64,000 nt of DNA, from NCBI RefSeq assembly GCF_006345805.1, contig NC_043017.1:19964001-20028000 (forward strand). Reading direction: 5' to 3'. Position 1 is the stretch's first letter. Each line of letters opens with the position of its first letter. This stretch comes from Octopus sinensis. Its lineage: Eukaryota. A model generated the notes under the pieces. It had not been told where the DNA came from and did not search any database. It worked only from the letters and a program-made list of their open reading frames with translations. Both the position numbers and the translations under genes were made by a program. This document shows positions 25,420-38,095 of this stretch, piece by piece.

Positions 25420-25818
25420 AGTGCCAGTGGCATGTAAGAGAACCATCTGAATGTGGCCGTTGCCAGCGCCGTCCCGACTGGCCTCCATGCCAGTGGCACG
25501 TAAAAAGCACCATCCGATTGTGGCCGTTTGCCAGCCTCGCCTGGCCCCCATGCCGGTGGCACGTAAAAAGCATCATCTGATCGTGGCCGTTTGCCAGCCT
25601 CGTCTGGCCCCTGTGCCGGTGGCACGTAAAAAGCACCATCCGATCATGGCCGTTTGCCAGCCTCGGAGTGGTTGGCGTTAGGAAGGGCATCCAGCTGTAG
25701 AAACATTGCCAGATCAGACTGGGCCTGGCACAGCCTTCTGGCTTCCCAGACCTCAGTTGAACCGTCCAACCCATGCCAGCATGGAAAGCGGACGCTAAAC
25801 GATGATGATGATGATGAT
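25420..25818 (+). mobile_element. RTE LINE 3'-UTR copy with 4 tandem ~62-bp units
   Basis: Repeated GTGGCACGTAAAAAGCACCATCCGAT units, AGGAAGGGCATCCAGCTG motif, (GAT)n tail. Confidence 0.9.
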
Positions 25819-25819
25819 A

Positions 25820-25912
25820 AGGGAGGGAAGACTGCTGGTGGCCACCAGAAGGATGCTAGAGGATTGAATACGGGCCACATGAGGACCAGGGATCCATGGT
25901 TGAAAACCACTG
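25820..25912 (-). mobile_element. hAT-type MITE end
   Basis: Reverse complement reads CAGTGGTTTTCAACC, a hAT-like TIR; a similar CAGTGGTTCTCAACC occurs at 55178. Confidence 0.45.
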
Positions 25913-26293
25913 GAATGCACAATGGGTTAGGAATGGGTGTGTAATAGGGGTAGTTTCTTAAGAGACTGAGAGGGTGAGTAACAGATGGTTAGAGATGGGG
26001 GTAGCAGTGAATATCGTTATAAACATGATAAAAATGTTGTTTTCAGCATTTCTCCATCTTGAAACGTTGAAGCAGTTAGAGACTGGATTACTAAATTGGT
26101 CATCGAACTGAAATCACTGAACTTGTAAACATATTAAGTACATATTAAGTATGGTTAGTAGGTTTTTAGTATTTTAGTATGTCTCTTGTTGGTTCATTTC
26201 CTATCAACGTGAATGATCTTTAGTCTTGAGAAGTAGTTTGGTAATTTGTTTTTAAACCAGAAGATCAGTCAATGAGTATGAATATCTATCTAC

Positions 26294-26350
<57 letters not shown>

Positions 26351-26779
26351 ATCTATTCATGTCTATCTATCTATCTATCTATCTATTCATGTCTATCTAT
26401 CTATCTATCTATCTATCTATTCATGTCTATGTATGTATGTATGTATGTATGTATGTGTATGTATCTATCCATCTATCTATCTAACTAAATAACTACCTAC
26501 CTACCTACCTATTTGTCTAAATATATTTATATGTGTGTGAACGTGTGTTAATGTTTTTGTTTATGTTAACTTATAATAAATCCAATTTTACATATGAAGG
26601 ATTACTCAATACTCAATGTAGAGTATATCTTAATCTTAAACAAGAATAGCATTGACAGTTACTTCGTTACTGGACTGTCTATATATATTTATGTGTATGT
26701 ACGTATGTATATAATACATACATAATACATACATACATACATAAGAGTGTGTATGTGTGTGTGTAAATGTGCATGTGTA

Positions 26780-26940
26780 CATCATCATCATCGTTTAACG
26801 TCTGCTTTCCAAGCTAGCATGGGTTGGACGATTTTGACTGAGAGCTGGCGAACCAGATGGTTGCAGCAGGCTTCAATCTAGATTTGGCAGAGTTTCTGCA
26901 GCTGGATGCCCTTCCTAACACCAACCACTCCGAGAGTGTA
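26780..26940 (-). mobile_element. RTE LINE 3' end
   Basis: CATCATCGTTTAACGTC tail and CAGCTGGATGCCCTTCCTAACACCAACCACTCCGAG. Confidence 0.85.
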
Positions 26941-27264
26941 CATGTGTGTATATAATATATGTGTGTGTATGAGGGTACAGTGGAACAGCATTTCATCTGT
27001 CTACATGCTCTGAGCTCAAATTCTGCTGATATTTGTCTTACTTTCTCGCCCTTTCGCTTTCAGGGTCAATGAAATGGGTACCAGTTGAATTCCGGGGTCA
27101 ATGTAATCAACTTATTCTGTCCCCTGAAATTGCTGCACTTGTACCAAAAATTTGAAACCATTATTAGTATTATTTTTTTGGTGTTGTTGTTGTTGTTGTT
27201 GTTTTGCTGAAATTGTTATTGTTTCCGAAAGAAGAAACCTCAAACTTGATTCCACAATATACAA

Positions 27265-27307
<43 letters not shown>

Positions 27308-27369
27308 CAAGTAGTAGTAGTAGTAGTGGCAGTAGCAGCAGCAGTAGACAAAGTTAGTGAAAGAATCTT

Positions 27370-27615
27370 CAGATGAGAGGTCAATCCTGTTTTCTGGACT
27401 GTTTAGCAGAAATTCAATAGAATTATAAGGAACAAAGAACCAGTGTCTTATTAGATGATGCTATTGAAACTTTGGCTCAGCAGAAGTTCTTCCATTTTCT
27501 CCACGAAATGGTAACCCCACAAGACCTGACAAGATTGGAATCAATTGTTCAGTCACGTGTTTCCAACTAATATTCCAGCTTTTCTTCTTTAATCGATGGA
27601 ATGTTTACCGTTTAT
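27370..27615 (-). pseudogene. Possible highly degenerate non-LTR RT fragment (R2/NeSL-like region after domain 7)
   Basis: Frame-shifted minus-strand peptides TVTINGKH / PSIKEEKLEY / KHVTEQLIPILSGLVGLPFRG / FQ*HHLIRHWFF loosely resemble F.I.G..IP.I....KYLG ... GLPG..K.W.YQH..LP; by eye only. Confidence 0.3.
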
Positions 27616-27793
27616 TGTCACTGTTGAGATATACATACATATAGGCACAGAATGTGAGTCTGTGTGTGCATATATATATTCATGTATATGTGTGTGTTAT
27701 ATAAATATATATATATATATATTCATATTATAGATATATATATATAGATAATATATATATATATATATATATATAGCATTATATATATAATAT

Positions 27794-27824
<31 letters not shown>

Positions 27825-27848
27825 TCATATATATATATATATATATAG

Positions 27849-27884
<36 letters not shown>

Positions 27885-28692
27885 AATATACACATTTGAA
27901 TAAAAAGGTATAGTGAATGTCTATGTATAAGTGTTATACATACATACAAACACACACACACACACATATATATATATAAAGAGAATATACACATATGAAT
28001 AAAAAGGTATACTGAATGTGTATGTATAAGTGTTATACATACATACAAACATATATATATATATCTATATATATATATATACTATAGATATATATATATA
28101 TATATATATATATAAAGAGAGAGAGAGGAGAGAGAGAATGATGCATGCATATAAGATATAGACAGGTATATAAAATACAAAGCTGTATACATAACATATG
28201 ATAAATAGGTACATAGACCATACAAAGCTATACAAAATATATTTACCTATATATAACACACACCCACACACACACGTATATATACCTGTATATAGAAACT
28301 TATATTGAAGTTAAAGTAAGTTTTTCTCGTTCTCTTGAGTCTGGATTTTTTTCTTCTTAATGCCTCAGTTTACAGACTCACCGCCATCACCCTCACCACC
28401 ACCACCACCACCACTACCCCTCTCTTCCTCTTTCTGTCACTCTTTGTCTTGCTGTGTCTGTCTGTCTGTCTCTCTTGTTCAAAAAGCAATGGTTGAAAAA
28501 AAAAAAGTAATTTTTTTTTATACACTCAGGAAATAATCTACTTATTTGTGTTTATTGAACTACGTCGTATGTATATAGAATACTGGTGGGTGTATAGAAT
28601 GTATAGCTCTACCAGATATATTTAGCTATATGTCTGGAGAGTTCTATGTCATTCCCTCTTTGTCTTTCCCCCTCTCTCTCTATGTATTTCTT

Positions 28693-28699
<7 letters not shown>

Positions 28700-28728
<29 letters not shown>

Positions 28729-28828
28729 CCTTTTGCTATTTCTCTGTCTGTATATAAATTTCTGTTGTTGTCATTCTCTCTATCTGTTTATCTCTATTCC
28801 CCTCTCTATCTAATCTCTCTGTCTACCG

Positions 28829-28871
<43 letters not shown>

Positions 28872-29350
28872 CTATCTATCTAACTACCTACCTACCTACC
28901 TACCTATCTATCTATCTACCTACATATCTATCTATCTATCTATCTACCTACCTACCTGCCTATCTACCTACCTACCTACCTACCTATCTACCTACCTATC
29001 TATCTACCTACCTACCCGTCTGTCTGTTTCTCTCTGTCTCTATCTATCGCTCTTTTTCTCTCTCTCCCAATCTATTAGTCTACTTATCTCTCCATCTATA
29101 TATAAATTTCTCTCTTTCACTTCCTCTATTTATCTCTCTCTCCCTCCCTCTATCTAATCTCTCTCTCTATCAAGCCACTACCCTGGCCATTAATGTATTT
29201 CTCTCTCTCTCTACCTATTTTTTTTCTCTCTTATACATAGTTCTTTCTCTCTACATATATCTACCTATTTCAAAGTCTCTCTTCATCCATCTATCTATTT
29301 CTCTCCTTGTGTGTCTGTCTCCCTCTCTCTCTCTCTCTCTCTCCTTCTCT
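28700..29350. repeat. Compound (CT)n/(CTAT)n/(CTAC)n microsatellite
   Basis: Directly visible. Confidence 0.95.
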
Positions 29351-29613
29351 CTCACTTTCCCCAACCCCGCTCCTTCTTTCAATTCCTCACCAATTTCACC
29401 TGATTTGTTAAACTCATCTTCAAACAGACACAGCAGACTCTGGTCTCTTACGTTCCATAACATTACAGGTGGCTGGTTATTATTGGGGTGGATGCAGTCA
29501 CGATAGTGGTGGCGGCGGTGGTTTATTGAGTTTTGGTAAGAAGAAAGGGATGATGGGTGAAGCCTGTGTTTGAACTCTCCCTCCCTCCCTCCCTTTCTTT
29601 CTTTCTTTCTTTC

Positions 29614-29664
<51 letters not shown>

Positions 29665-29735
29665 CTCTCTCTCTCTCTTTCTTTCTCTCACTCACTCTCT
29701 CTCTTTCTTTCTTTCTCTCTTGCTCTCTCTTTCTT

Positions 29736-29768
<33 letters not shown>

Positions 29769-30089
29769 TTTTCTTTCTCCTCCAATTTCCGTAAGAATTT
29801 ATTGCAGCTCTTACGTAAATTGCATTTTACTTCAATACTTAAAATGTTATCATCACCATCACCATCAGTATCCACCACCACCACCGCCACCACCACCTTC
29901 ATCATTAACGTGACCATCACCAGTGCCACCACAAATACAATCTCCACCACCACCACCACCACCAGCCCATAGGTGGCCATGCACAGAACAAAGAGACTAA
30001 AGAAAGAGGCTTTAACTCTAAAGCGCGGCTATATTGAGTTCTAGCAACCAGTTATTAGTTATTAGTATCACTATTACCTAAGCAAAATC

Positions 30090-30500
30090 ATCATTATCAT
30101 CGTTTAACGTCTGTTTTCCATGCTGGCATGGGTTGGACGGTTTGATCTGGCAATACTTCTACAGCTGGATGCCCTTCCTAATGCCAACCACTCCGAGAGT
30201 GTAGTGCGTGCATTTTACGTGCCACCGGCACAGGAGCCAGGTGAGGCTGGCAAACGGTCACGATCAGATGGTGCTCTTTACGTGCCACCAGCACGGGGGC
30301 CAGGCGAGGCTGGCAACAGCCACAATCGGATGGTACTTTTTACGTGCCACTGGCACGAGGCCGGTCGTTTTACATGCCACTTGCACAGTAGCCAGTCAGG
30401 TGTCCCTGGCATCGATCACATTCGGATAGTGCTTTTATCATGTGCCACCAGCATGGGAGCCAGTCAGGGGGCACTAGCATCAACCACATTCAGATGGTGC
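30090..30500 (-). mobile_element. RTE LINE 3'-UTR copy with about 5 diverged hairpin units
   Basis: TTTTACGTGCCACCGGCAC units after the CAGCTGGATGCCCTTCCTAA motif. Confidence 0.85.
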
Positions 30501-30949
30501 ATTTTACGATGTGTATATACAATGTGCTTCTTTCAAATCCACTCCACAAGCCTTTGGTGATCCTGGAGCTTTGGAAGAAGATACTTGCCCAAGGTACCAC
30601 ATTAGTAGGGCTGAACCCCGAACCCATGTGGTTGTCAAGCAAAACAACCTATATTATATTCACTGGTACCACATAAAAAAAAACACCCAGTACACTCTGT
30701 AAAATGGTTGGCATTAGGAAGGGCATCCAGCTGTAGAAAACATTACCAAAAGAGACTGTAGAAACCTGGGGGGGGGGGGGCTCCTGGCCTTGCCAACTCC
30801 TGTCAAAGCATCTGACCCATGCCAGCATGGAAAACAGACGTTAAAGGATGAATGGTAATGAAATGAATATAAATATTAGAAAAGCATAAGCTATGGCCAT
30901 CGTCATCATCGTCATCATTTGATGTCCATTTTCCATGATAAAGACTTTG

Positions 30950-31245
30950 GTTAATGCAGTGCAGTCACCTAAAGGTTCTGAGTTCATTCCCAGGCAAAGC
31001 ACTAAGGTAATTAACAATTATTTATTCACATATTTCAACTGTAGCAAAAAAAAAAAAGTGTCAGGAAATGCCATGAGCTGAATGAGAACACTGCCCCCAC
31101 CCCTGTCATTCTGCCCCTGTGGATCTAATAATGGGTTAGGGGTGAAATTCTGATGCAGCATCTGAGTTCAACATAAAACACCTGAAGACAGCTGGAGTAT
31201 AGAACAGCCAAAACATAGTGAAAGCAACAATCAAGATGAGGCTGG
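30950..31245 (+). mobile_element. Degenerate tRNA-headed repeat with hammerhead-like motif (family HH3 relative)
   Basis: B-box-like GAGTTCATTCCC near 30985; shares AATGAGAAC, CACCTGA.GA and CAAGATGAGG with 32960-33176. Confidence 0.5.
31179..31220 (+). ncRNA. Hammerhead-like motif (decayed)
   Basis: CAC CTGAAGA C AGCTG GAGTATAGAA CAGCC AAAA CAT A GTG; stem I CAC/GTG, stem II GCTG/CAGC; G12 and the ACGT palindrome show CG-to-CA changes. Confidence 0.5.
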
Positions 31246-31282
31246 CTAATATAAATAGTATTTATATTATGAAAAAATGGAT

Positions 31283-31797
31283 ATGAACGAAGACAGTTGC
31301 ATCAAGAGGTGCCATCTCTAATTATAGAGGGAACATGTGGAAGGGGTAGACCCAGGAAGATGTGGGACGAAGTGGTGAGAAAGGATCTACAGACATTGGG
31401 ACTCACAGAAGGGGCGGCAGGGGATCGAGGGTCCTGGTGGTTTGCTGTGCTTGAAAAGATGCATGAAGCTAAGTAGAAGCATGGCTGCCCTTGTATATGG
31501 GCATGTCCCCTGCAACCCTCTCCAGCTGAGCATCCCTAATCTTGTGACCTTGTAGGTTGCTGGTGCCACGTAAAGAGCACCTGTGCCAGTGCTGCATAAA
31601 GGCACCCAGTATACTCTGTAAAGTGGTTGGCATTATTAGGAAAGGGTGGCCAACCATAGGAACCATGCTGAAACAGACATGGAGCCTGAACAGCCCTTCA
31701 GCTGGTCAGCTCCTGTCAAACCGTCCAGCCCAAGCCAGCATGGAAAGCAGATGTGAATGATGATGATGATGATGATGATGCTGTGATGATGATGATG
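31283..31797 (+). mobile_element. 5'-truncated RTE-clade LINE: ORF C-terminus, 3' UTR, (GAT)n tail
   Basis: MNEDSCIKRCH / IEGTCGRGRPRKMWDEVVRKDLQTLGLTE / DRGSWWFAVLEKMHEAK* (two frameshifts), the RTE G.R.RGRP..W...DR..W pattern. This copy links the abundant AGGAAGGGCATCC repeat to an RTE LINE. Confidence 0.9.
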
Positions 31798-32318
31798 AAA
31801 ATATTAAAATCAAATAAAATGCAAAAGCTGACCCATTTGACTCCACCGTCACTTTGAGTCAAAATGAAAAATGAAGAAGAAAATGAAAGAAATTGCAAAA
31901 CACACACACTCACACAGAGTAAAAGAAAAACATAATGGTTAATCATATTTATCGAACCATTAATATTTATGTCTCCAACATGAGGAATTTCTTTCCACTT
32001 TTCTCTCTGGTTACTTTCCTTAAAACAGTAATTTTTTTTTGCCTTTATTGATTTATTTTTCACTTCTTGAGTCAAATACATATGTGCATGTTTGTTTCTA
32101 TCTCTCTATGCATATGTGTGTGTATGTGTGTATATATATATATCTATGTATATATTTATATATATGTATATATACACATATATGTATGTATATGTATAAC
32201 TATATGTGTAGATATATATGTATATGTGTGTGTGTATATATATATATTTATATATATGTATATACACACATATATGTATGTATATGTATATCTATGCGTA
32301 GATATATATATATATGTG

Positions 32319-32385
<67 letters not shown>

Positions 32386-32491
32386 GTACATATATATATA
32401 CATACATATACTATATATATATATATACATAAATATATATATACATATCCATATACATATATACATGTACATTACATATATACATATTATA

Positions 32492-32534
<43 letters not shown>

Positions 32535-32959
32535 CATATACATAGATATATACACATACATATACATATATCAAACTTTTCAGACACTTCTAATATATTA
32601 TCGTTGACATACATGTAGCGTTGTCAAAGTCTGACAAAGATGGAACTAGTACTGACAGGCAGAAAACCCAAGTCATATGCCAATCAAAGGTGCTGCCAGT
32701 AAAAACAGATCTTAATGCATTCTTCACAAATATTTTTTATAAACTTTGTTGAAGAATACTTTGAAAGAAAAAAAAAAAATCCTCATATTCATTGTTGTAC
32801 AGAGAGAATTTCACCTTCTGCAAGGTCAGGAGGTCACAGACATTTATCTTCATTTAGGTGTACTCTTTCGACATGTCCAGCTGTGCTGGTGTACCCCTTC
32901 ATCATATCAGGCAGGTTTGTGGGTACCCGTATGACAAATTGCGGGTACATACACCCTAT

Positions 32960-33176
32960 GTCCTCATCTTGTTTGTTGTTAGCACAGTGTTTCAGCAGAT
33001 ATACCCTCTAGCCATCATCAGGTGTCTCGGGGAAATTTCGAACCTGGGTTCTCATTCCTAAGGTATTTTTTGATGCTATGATTATTATTATTATTATTAT
33101 TATTATTAAGGTCACTGCCTGGAATCGAATTCGGAATCTTGGGGTTAGTAGCCTGCGCTCTTAACCACTATGCCAT
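32960..33176 (-). mobile_element. tRNA-headed SINE-like element with internal hammerhead-like motif (family HH3)
   Basis: A-box TGGCATAGTGG, B-box-like ATTCGATTCC, (AAT)n, second GGTTCGAAAT, then the motif at 32981-33026. Confidence 0.75.
32981..33026 (-). ncRNA. Hammerhead-like motif (canonical CUGAUGA/GAAA core, damaged stems)
   Basis: GACAC CTGATGA T GGCTA GAGGGTATAT CTGCT GAAA CAC T GTGCT. Confidence 0.55.
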
Positions 33177-33326
33177 TTGGAAAATTACTTTTGTATTAAC
33201 AATTATATTTTAAATGAGATTTTGATGGAGAATTTCATTTAAATCCCAAAATCTAATAACAAAATGGCACCGGTGGGTTTAGCATTGGGAAGGTTAATCT
33301 TTTATTTTTTATCTTTTCTTTGTTTT

Positions 33327-33685
33327 AGTGATTAGACTGTGGCCATGCTGGAGCATTGCCTTGAAGCATTTTTAGCTGAATGAATTGACCTCAATATTTT
33401 TTGACATAAAGCCTGGTACTTATTTTATCGGTCTCTTTTGCTGAACCACTAAGTCACAGGGATGTAAGCTAACCAACACCAGTTGTCAAGCAGTGGTGGG
33501 GACAAACACAGACACAAAGACCTCACCCCCTGTGTATATATTATAACAGGCTTCTTTCAGTTTCTGCCTATCAAATCCACTCACAGGATTTTGTCAGGCT
33601 AAGGCTATAGTAGAAGACACTTGCCGAAAGTACCACACAGTGGGACTGAACCTGGAACCATGTGGTTGAGAAGCAAACTCTTTAT
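33327..33685 (-). mobile_element. SINE family B, near full length
   Basis: Both halves plus the microsatellite linker are present. Confidence 0.85.
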
Positions 33686-34317
33686 CATAGAGTTCAAAAG
33701 ATATTCTTAACAGTTTCTTTTGCTTTTTTTTTTTTTTTTTTGCTTTTTTCTGTGAATGTTCCTTGGCACAAAAGCTTCTTAAAGAAATTAAATACCAGAA
33801 TGTATTATTTCATATCTGTTTACACAAAAAGGCAAAAGCAAAAAAACAAAAACAAAAGCAACAAAAAAGAACTCCAAAATAAAAAAAAAGAAAAGATCTA
33901 ATTGTAAAGAGCACGTGAAAATCAAGTCATATCTTCGATGTTTTTCATCTGCAATTTAGATTGAAAAAATGAGAAAAGATCAAACTTGTTATGGTAAAGT
34001 AAATTTGGGAGGAAATTCTACTTTTGGATCAGAACACAAACTCCAAAGACTTTCTAAAAATTCTCTTCCGTTGTTTCCTGTCCACTGCAGAAATTCGACA
34101 AGATTTCTTACTCAATAAAGTATACTTGCCAATGCCAAAACGGTTCATGCATTCCCTATTATGGGTCACAACCATTGGACTGTGGCCATACTTGAGCACT
34201 GCATTTCGAAGAATTTTAGTTGATCAAACTGACCCCTGTTATTTATTCCTGTCTGCTAATTATGGTATTTGTGGAATGGTTAAGTTACAGTTATTGGCAC
34301 AAAACTGATTCTACATC

Positions 34318-34324
34318 ATCATCG

Positions 34325-34358
<34 letters not shown>

Positions 34359-34696
34359 ATCATCATCATTTAACTACCCGTTGTCTATGCTGGCATGGGT
34401 TGGACGGTTTGACTGGGTTGGCACATTGGAAGGCTGCACCAGACTTCAATCTAATTTAGCATGGTTTTTTTTTACAACTGGATGCCCTTCCTAATGACAA
34501 CCACTCTGAGAGTGTAATGGGTACTTTTACATGTCACTGGCACAGGTGCCATTTGCGTGACACCAGGGTGTGTTTAGGTGCCAATTTATGTAACACTGGT
34601 ATCTGCCATGGCCGTGATTTTGCTCAGCTTTATGGATCTGCTTCTCAAGCACAACATAATGCCAGAGGTCTTGGTCATTGCCTCCGTGAGGCCCAA
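34318..34696 (-). mobile_element. RTE LINE 3' end reaching the ORF C-terminus
   Basis: (CAT)n tail at left; GGTCTTGGTCATTGCCTCCGTGAGGCCCAA is antisense to LGLTEAMTK, matching LGLTE at 31400. Confidence 0.8.
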
Positions 34697-35129
34697 GCCA
34701 CTTTGAGGCCCAAGCCACTTTGAGGCCCAAGCCACTTTGAGGCCCAAGCCACTTTGAGGCCTAAGCCACTTTGAGGCCTAAGCCACTTTGAGGCCTAAGC
34801 CACTTTGAGGCCTAAGCCACTTTGAGGCCTAAGCCACTTTGAGGCCTAAGCCACTTTGAGGCCTAAGCCACTTTGAGGCCTAAGCCACTTTGAGGCCCAA
34901 GCCACTTTGAGGCCTAAGCCACTTTGAGGCCCAAGCCACTTTGAGGCCCAAGCCACTTTGAGGCCCAAGCCACTTTGAGGCCTAAGCCACTTTGAGGCCT
35001 AAGCCACTTTGAGGCCTAAGCCACTTTGAGGCCCAAGCCACTTTGAGGCCTAAGCCACTTTGAGGCCCAAGCCACTTTGAGGCCTAAGCCACTTTGAGGC
35101 CCAAGCCACTTTGAGGCCTAAGCCACTTT
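34688..35129. repeat. 17-bp tandem repeat, 26 copies (GAGGCCYAAGCCACTTT)
   Basis: 442 bp = 26 x 17; the only variable site is C/T at unit position 7. Confidence 0.98.
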
Positions 35130-35156
35130 GCCTCAACTAAATATAAATAGATACAC

Positions 35157-35317
35157 AGGCAGGAGTGGCTGTGTGGTAAGTAGCTTGCTTACCAACCACA
35201 TAGTTCCAGGTTCAGTCCCACTGTGTGACATCTTGGCAAGTGTCTTCTACTATAGCCTCGGGCCGACCAAAGCCTTGTGAGTGGATTTGGCAAACGGAAA
35301 CTGAAAGAAGCCTGTCG

Positions 35318-35364
<47 letters not shown>

Positions 35365-35590
35365 CACATGTATGTGTGTGTATATTTGTGTGTCTGTGTT
35401 TGTCCCCCCAACATCGCTTGACAACCGATGCTGGTGTGTTTATGTCCCCGTAACTTAGCGGTTTGGCAAAAGAGGCCAATAGAATAAGCACTAGGCTTAC
35501 AAAGAAAAAGTCCTGGGGAGTTGATTTGCTCAACTAAAGGCGGTGCTCCAGCATGGCCACAGTCAACTGACTGAGACAAAGAAAAGAAAG
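35157..35590 (+). mobile_element. SINE family B, full length, well preserved
   Basis: tRNA-like head, (TA)n/(TG)n linker, 3' half ending GACTGAGACAAAGAAAAG. Confidence 0.92.
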
Positions 35591-35639
35591 TCACAGACAT
35601 ACATTATATTTATGCACATACATACTCAGTCAACACAAA

Positions 35640-35790
35640 ATCCGTTCTGTCCGTCTGTCTGTGTGTCTTCTAGGATCTTGGGCATCCTCTATCCGATTGT
35701 GCTCAAATTTGATATGTAGATACTGACGGTATCAGGGCATGTATAAGTCTTGAAAAAATTACAAAAATCGATTCCAGGTGAGAATGCATC
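35640..35790. mobile_element. Possible Helentron/HINE-type non-autonomous fragment
   Basis: (GTCY)n start followed by CCGATT..GCTCAAATTTG, typical of DINE-1/HINE-like elements. Confidence 0.4.
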
Positions 35791-35903
35791 AATAAAATAA
35801 GTACCAGTTATGCATTGGGGTCAGTATAATCAACTAGACCCTACCTCCAAATTTCAGGCCTTGTGACTATAGCAGAAAAGATTATTATTATCATTTATTA
35901 TTA

Positions 35904-36112
35904 AGGCAGTGAGGTGGCAGAATCGTTAGCGTGCTGGACAAAATGCTTTGCGGTATTTCGCCAGTTGCTGTGTTCTGAGTTCAAATTCCACTGAGGTCGG
36001 CTTTGCTTTACATCTTTTTCAATAAAATAAATACCAGTTGTACACTAGGGATCGATGTAATCGACTCCTCCCCACCTCCCCCAAGCTGCCCTTGTGACAA
36101 AAATTTAAAATA
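35904..36112 (+). mobile_element. SINE family A
   Basis: Head, GAGTTCAAATTCC, AAATACCAG body and (AAT)n tail. Confidence 0.85.
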
Positions 36113-36480
36113 ATAATAATAATAATAATAATCATTATTATTAATTTGTCTGTTGTTGTTGATGATGACCAGGACATCACATAGGAGAAGAAATGCACAG
36201 CCAAAAATCCCTCCTAGTTCTTGAAATACATTTGATCTCTTTGTGTGTGTGTGTGTGTGTGTTGTGATGAAAGAAGTTGAAAGGAGGATGTGGTGGGGTG
36301 CAGCTGATGTGATTTTTGCTTCATAAATATTTATTCTGGAAGTGTTTATGACATTGCCAAATGAAGATGGTCAACACAATTTTGGCGCCACATCTAAGAA
36401 CTGCTCTTCGGCATCAATATTATATGTGTGTGTATATGAATGTACGTATACGTGTGCACATACATACATACATACATATA

Positions 36481-36527
<47 letters not shown>

Positions 36528-36866
36528 TCATGTATACACTCATGTATACACACATATACATATGTATAAATATATGTACATACACCCAAACCCATATACA
36601 TATAGAGAAACACACACACACACAAATGCATATACATGCCCACACACAGAGATACATATATATACACATCAATGTATATAAATACATATACATACACACC
36701 CAAGTAGCTATGACTGCTTTTTTCTTTCTTTCTTTCTTTCTCTGTCTGTCTGTCTTTCTCTTAATTTTTCTGACCTTTCTTTGTTTCGGTTTGTATGTTT
36801 GCATATGCGTATTTGTGTGTTTTGGTGCTGTATGTTATGCTTCATGTGTGTGTGTGTGCGTATTAA

Positions 36867-36900
<34 letters not shown>

Positions 36901-37277
36901 AATATGGGTTTAGGGAGCAATAGGACTGGGGTGGCATGGGGCTGGAGTGGCATGTTTCTTTACAGCTTTGTGAAACTTATGAACTTTTCTCATTTAAAAC
37001 AATAACATTGTTGGTGATGTTTGATGATGATGATGATGGTGATGATGGTGATGGTATTTGATTGATGACAATTGTTGCTGGCACTGCAGCTGATGACGAC
37101 GATGATGACAATGATGATGATGACGACGACGATCACAATGACAACGAGAAGGGGAAAGTTGGCATTAGATATAAAGATCAATCACCCAATCAATCAATTA
37201 AATAATTAAATGATAAATAAATGAAAGAATGAAAGCAAGAACAACAGCACCCACGACAAAATCAACCGAACAATATA

Positions 37278-37319
<42 letters not shown>

Positions 37320-37345
37320 TTTGTTCATATATTGGTATATCTATC

Positions 37346-37389
<44 letters not shown>

Positions 37390-37508
37390 TACGTACATTT
37401 GTTCATATATTGGTATATCTATATATATATACATATCCATGGGTATCATGTGTATATGTATACCTGTGTGTATATATATATGTATATAGGCATACATGTA
37501 CAAATCTA

Positions 37509-37557
<49 letters not shown>

Positions 37558-37936
37558 TATACACACACACACACGCATGTACATAAAGTACACCACAAAA
37601 TGCTTTGTGTCAATGTGTAGGTTTGTGTCTTGAACTGGTGATGACACTGCAAAGAACCAAACCACTGGACCCCTGCTCCTCCCAGCTCCACCCGCTACCC
37701 TCTTGCTGCTGCTACTCCTGCTACATTGACATTGGATAAAGCAAACAGATCATAATAACCCCCATCACCTCACAAAACTTAACACCACCCCACACCCCTG
37801 GACCCCCACCCCCAACTACCCTGTTTGACCTTTGACATTCACTTCTTGACATTTCAGTCTGTTTGTCATGAGGTTTTTGTGAACAACTGTTTAGTAGCTA
37901 GTTTGCAATTCTATGGATATATATAGACATTGTGTC

Positions 37937-37984
<48 letters not shown>

Positions 37985-38033
37985 AACATAAATATGTGTG
38001 TATATATATATATATTACATAAGTATGAATATG

Positions 38034-38095
<62 letters not shown>

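Noticed and set aside
34089-34170. Cys-rich peptide KFDKISYSIKYTCQCQNGSCIPYYGS after a good acceptor
   Set aside because: No convincing donor, it runs into a SINE remnant, and the Cys spacing does not match a domain I can name.
34688-35129. CRISPR-like appearance of the regular array
   Set aside because: Units are contiguous with no unique spacers, there are no cas genes, and the context is eukaryotic.
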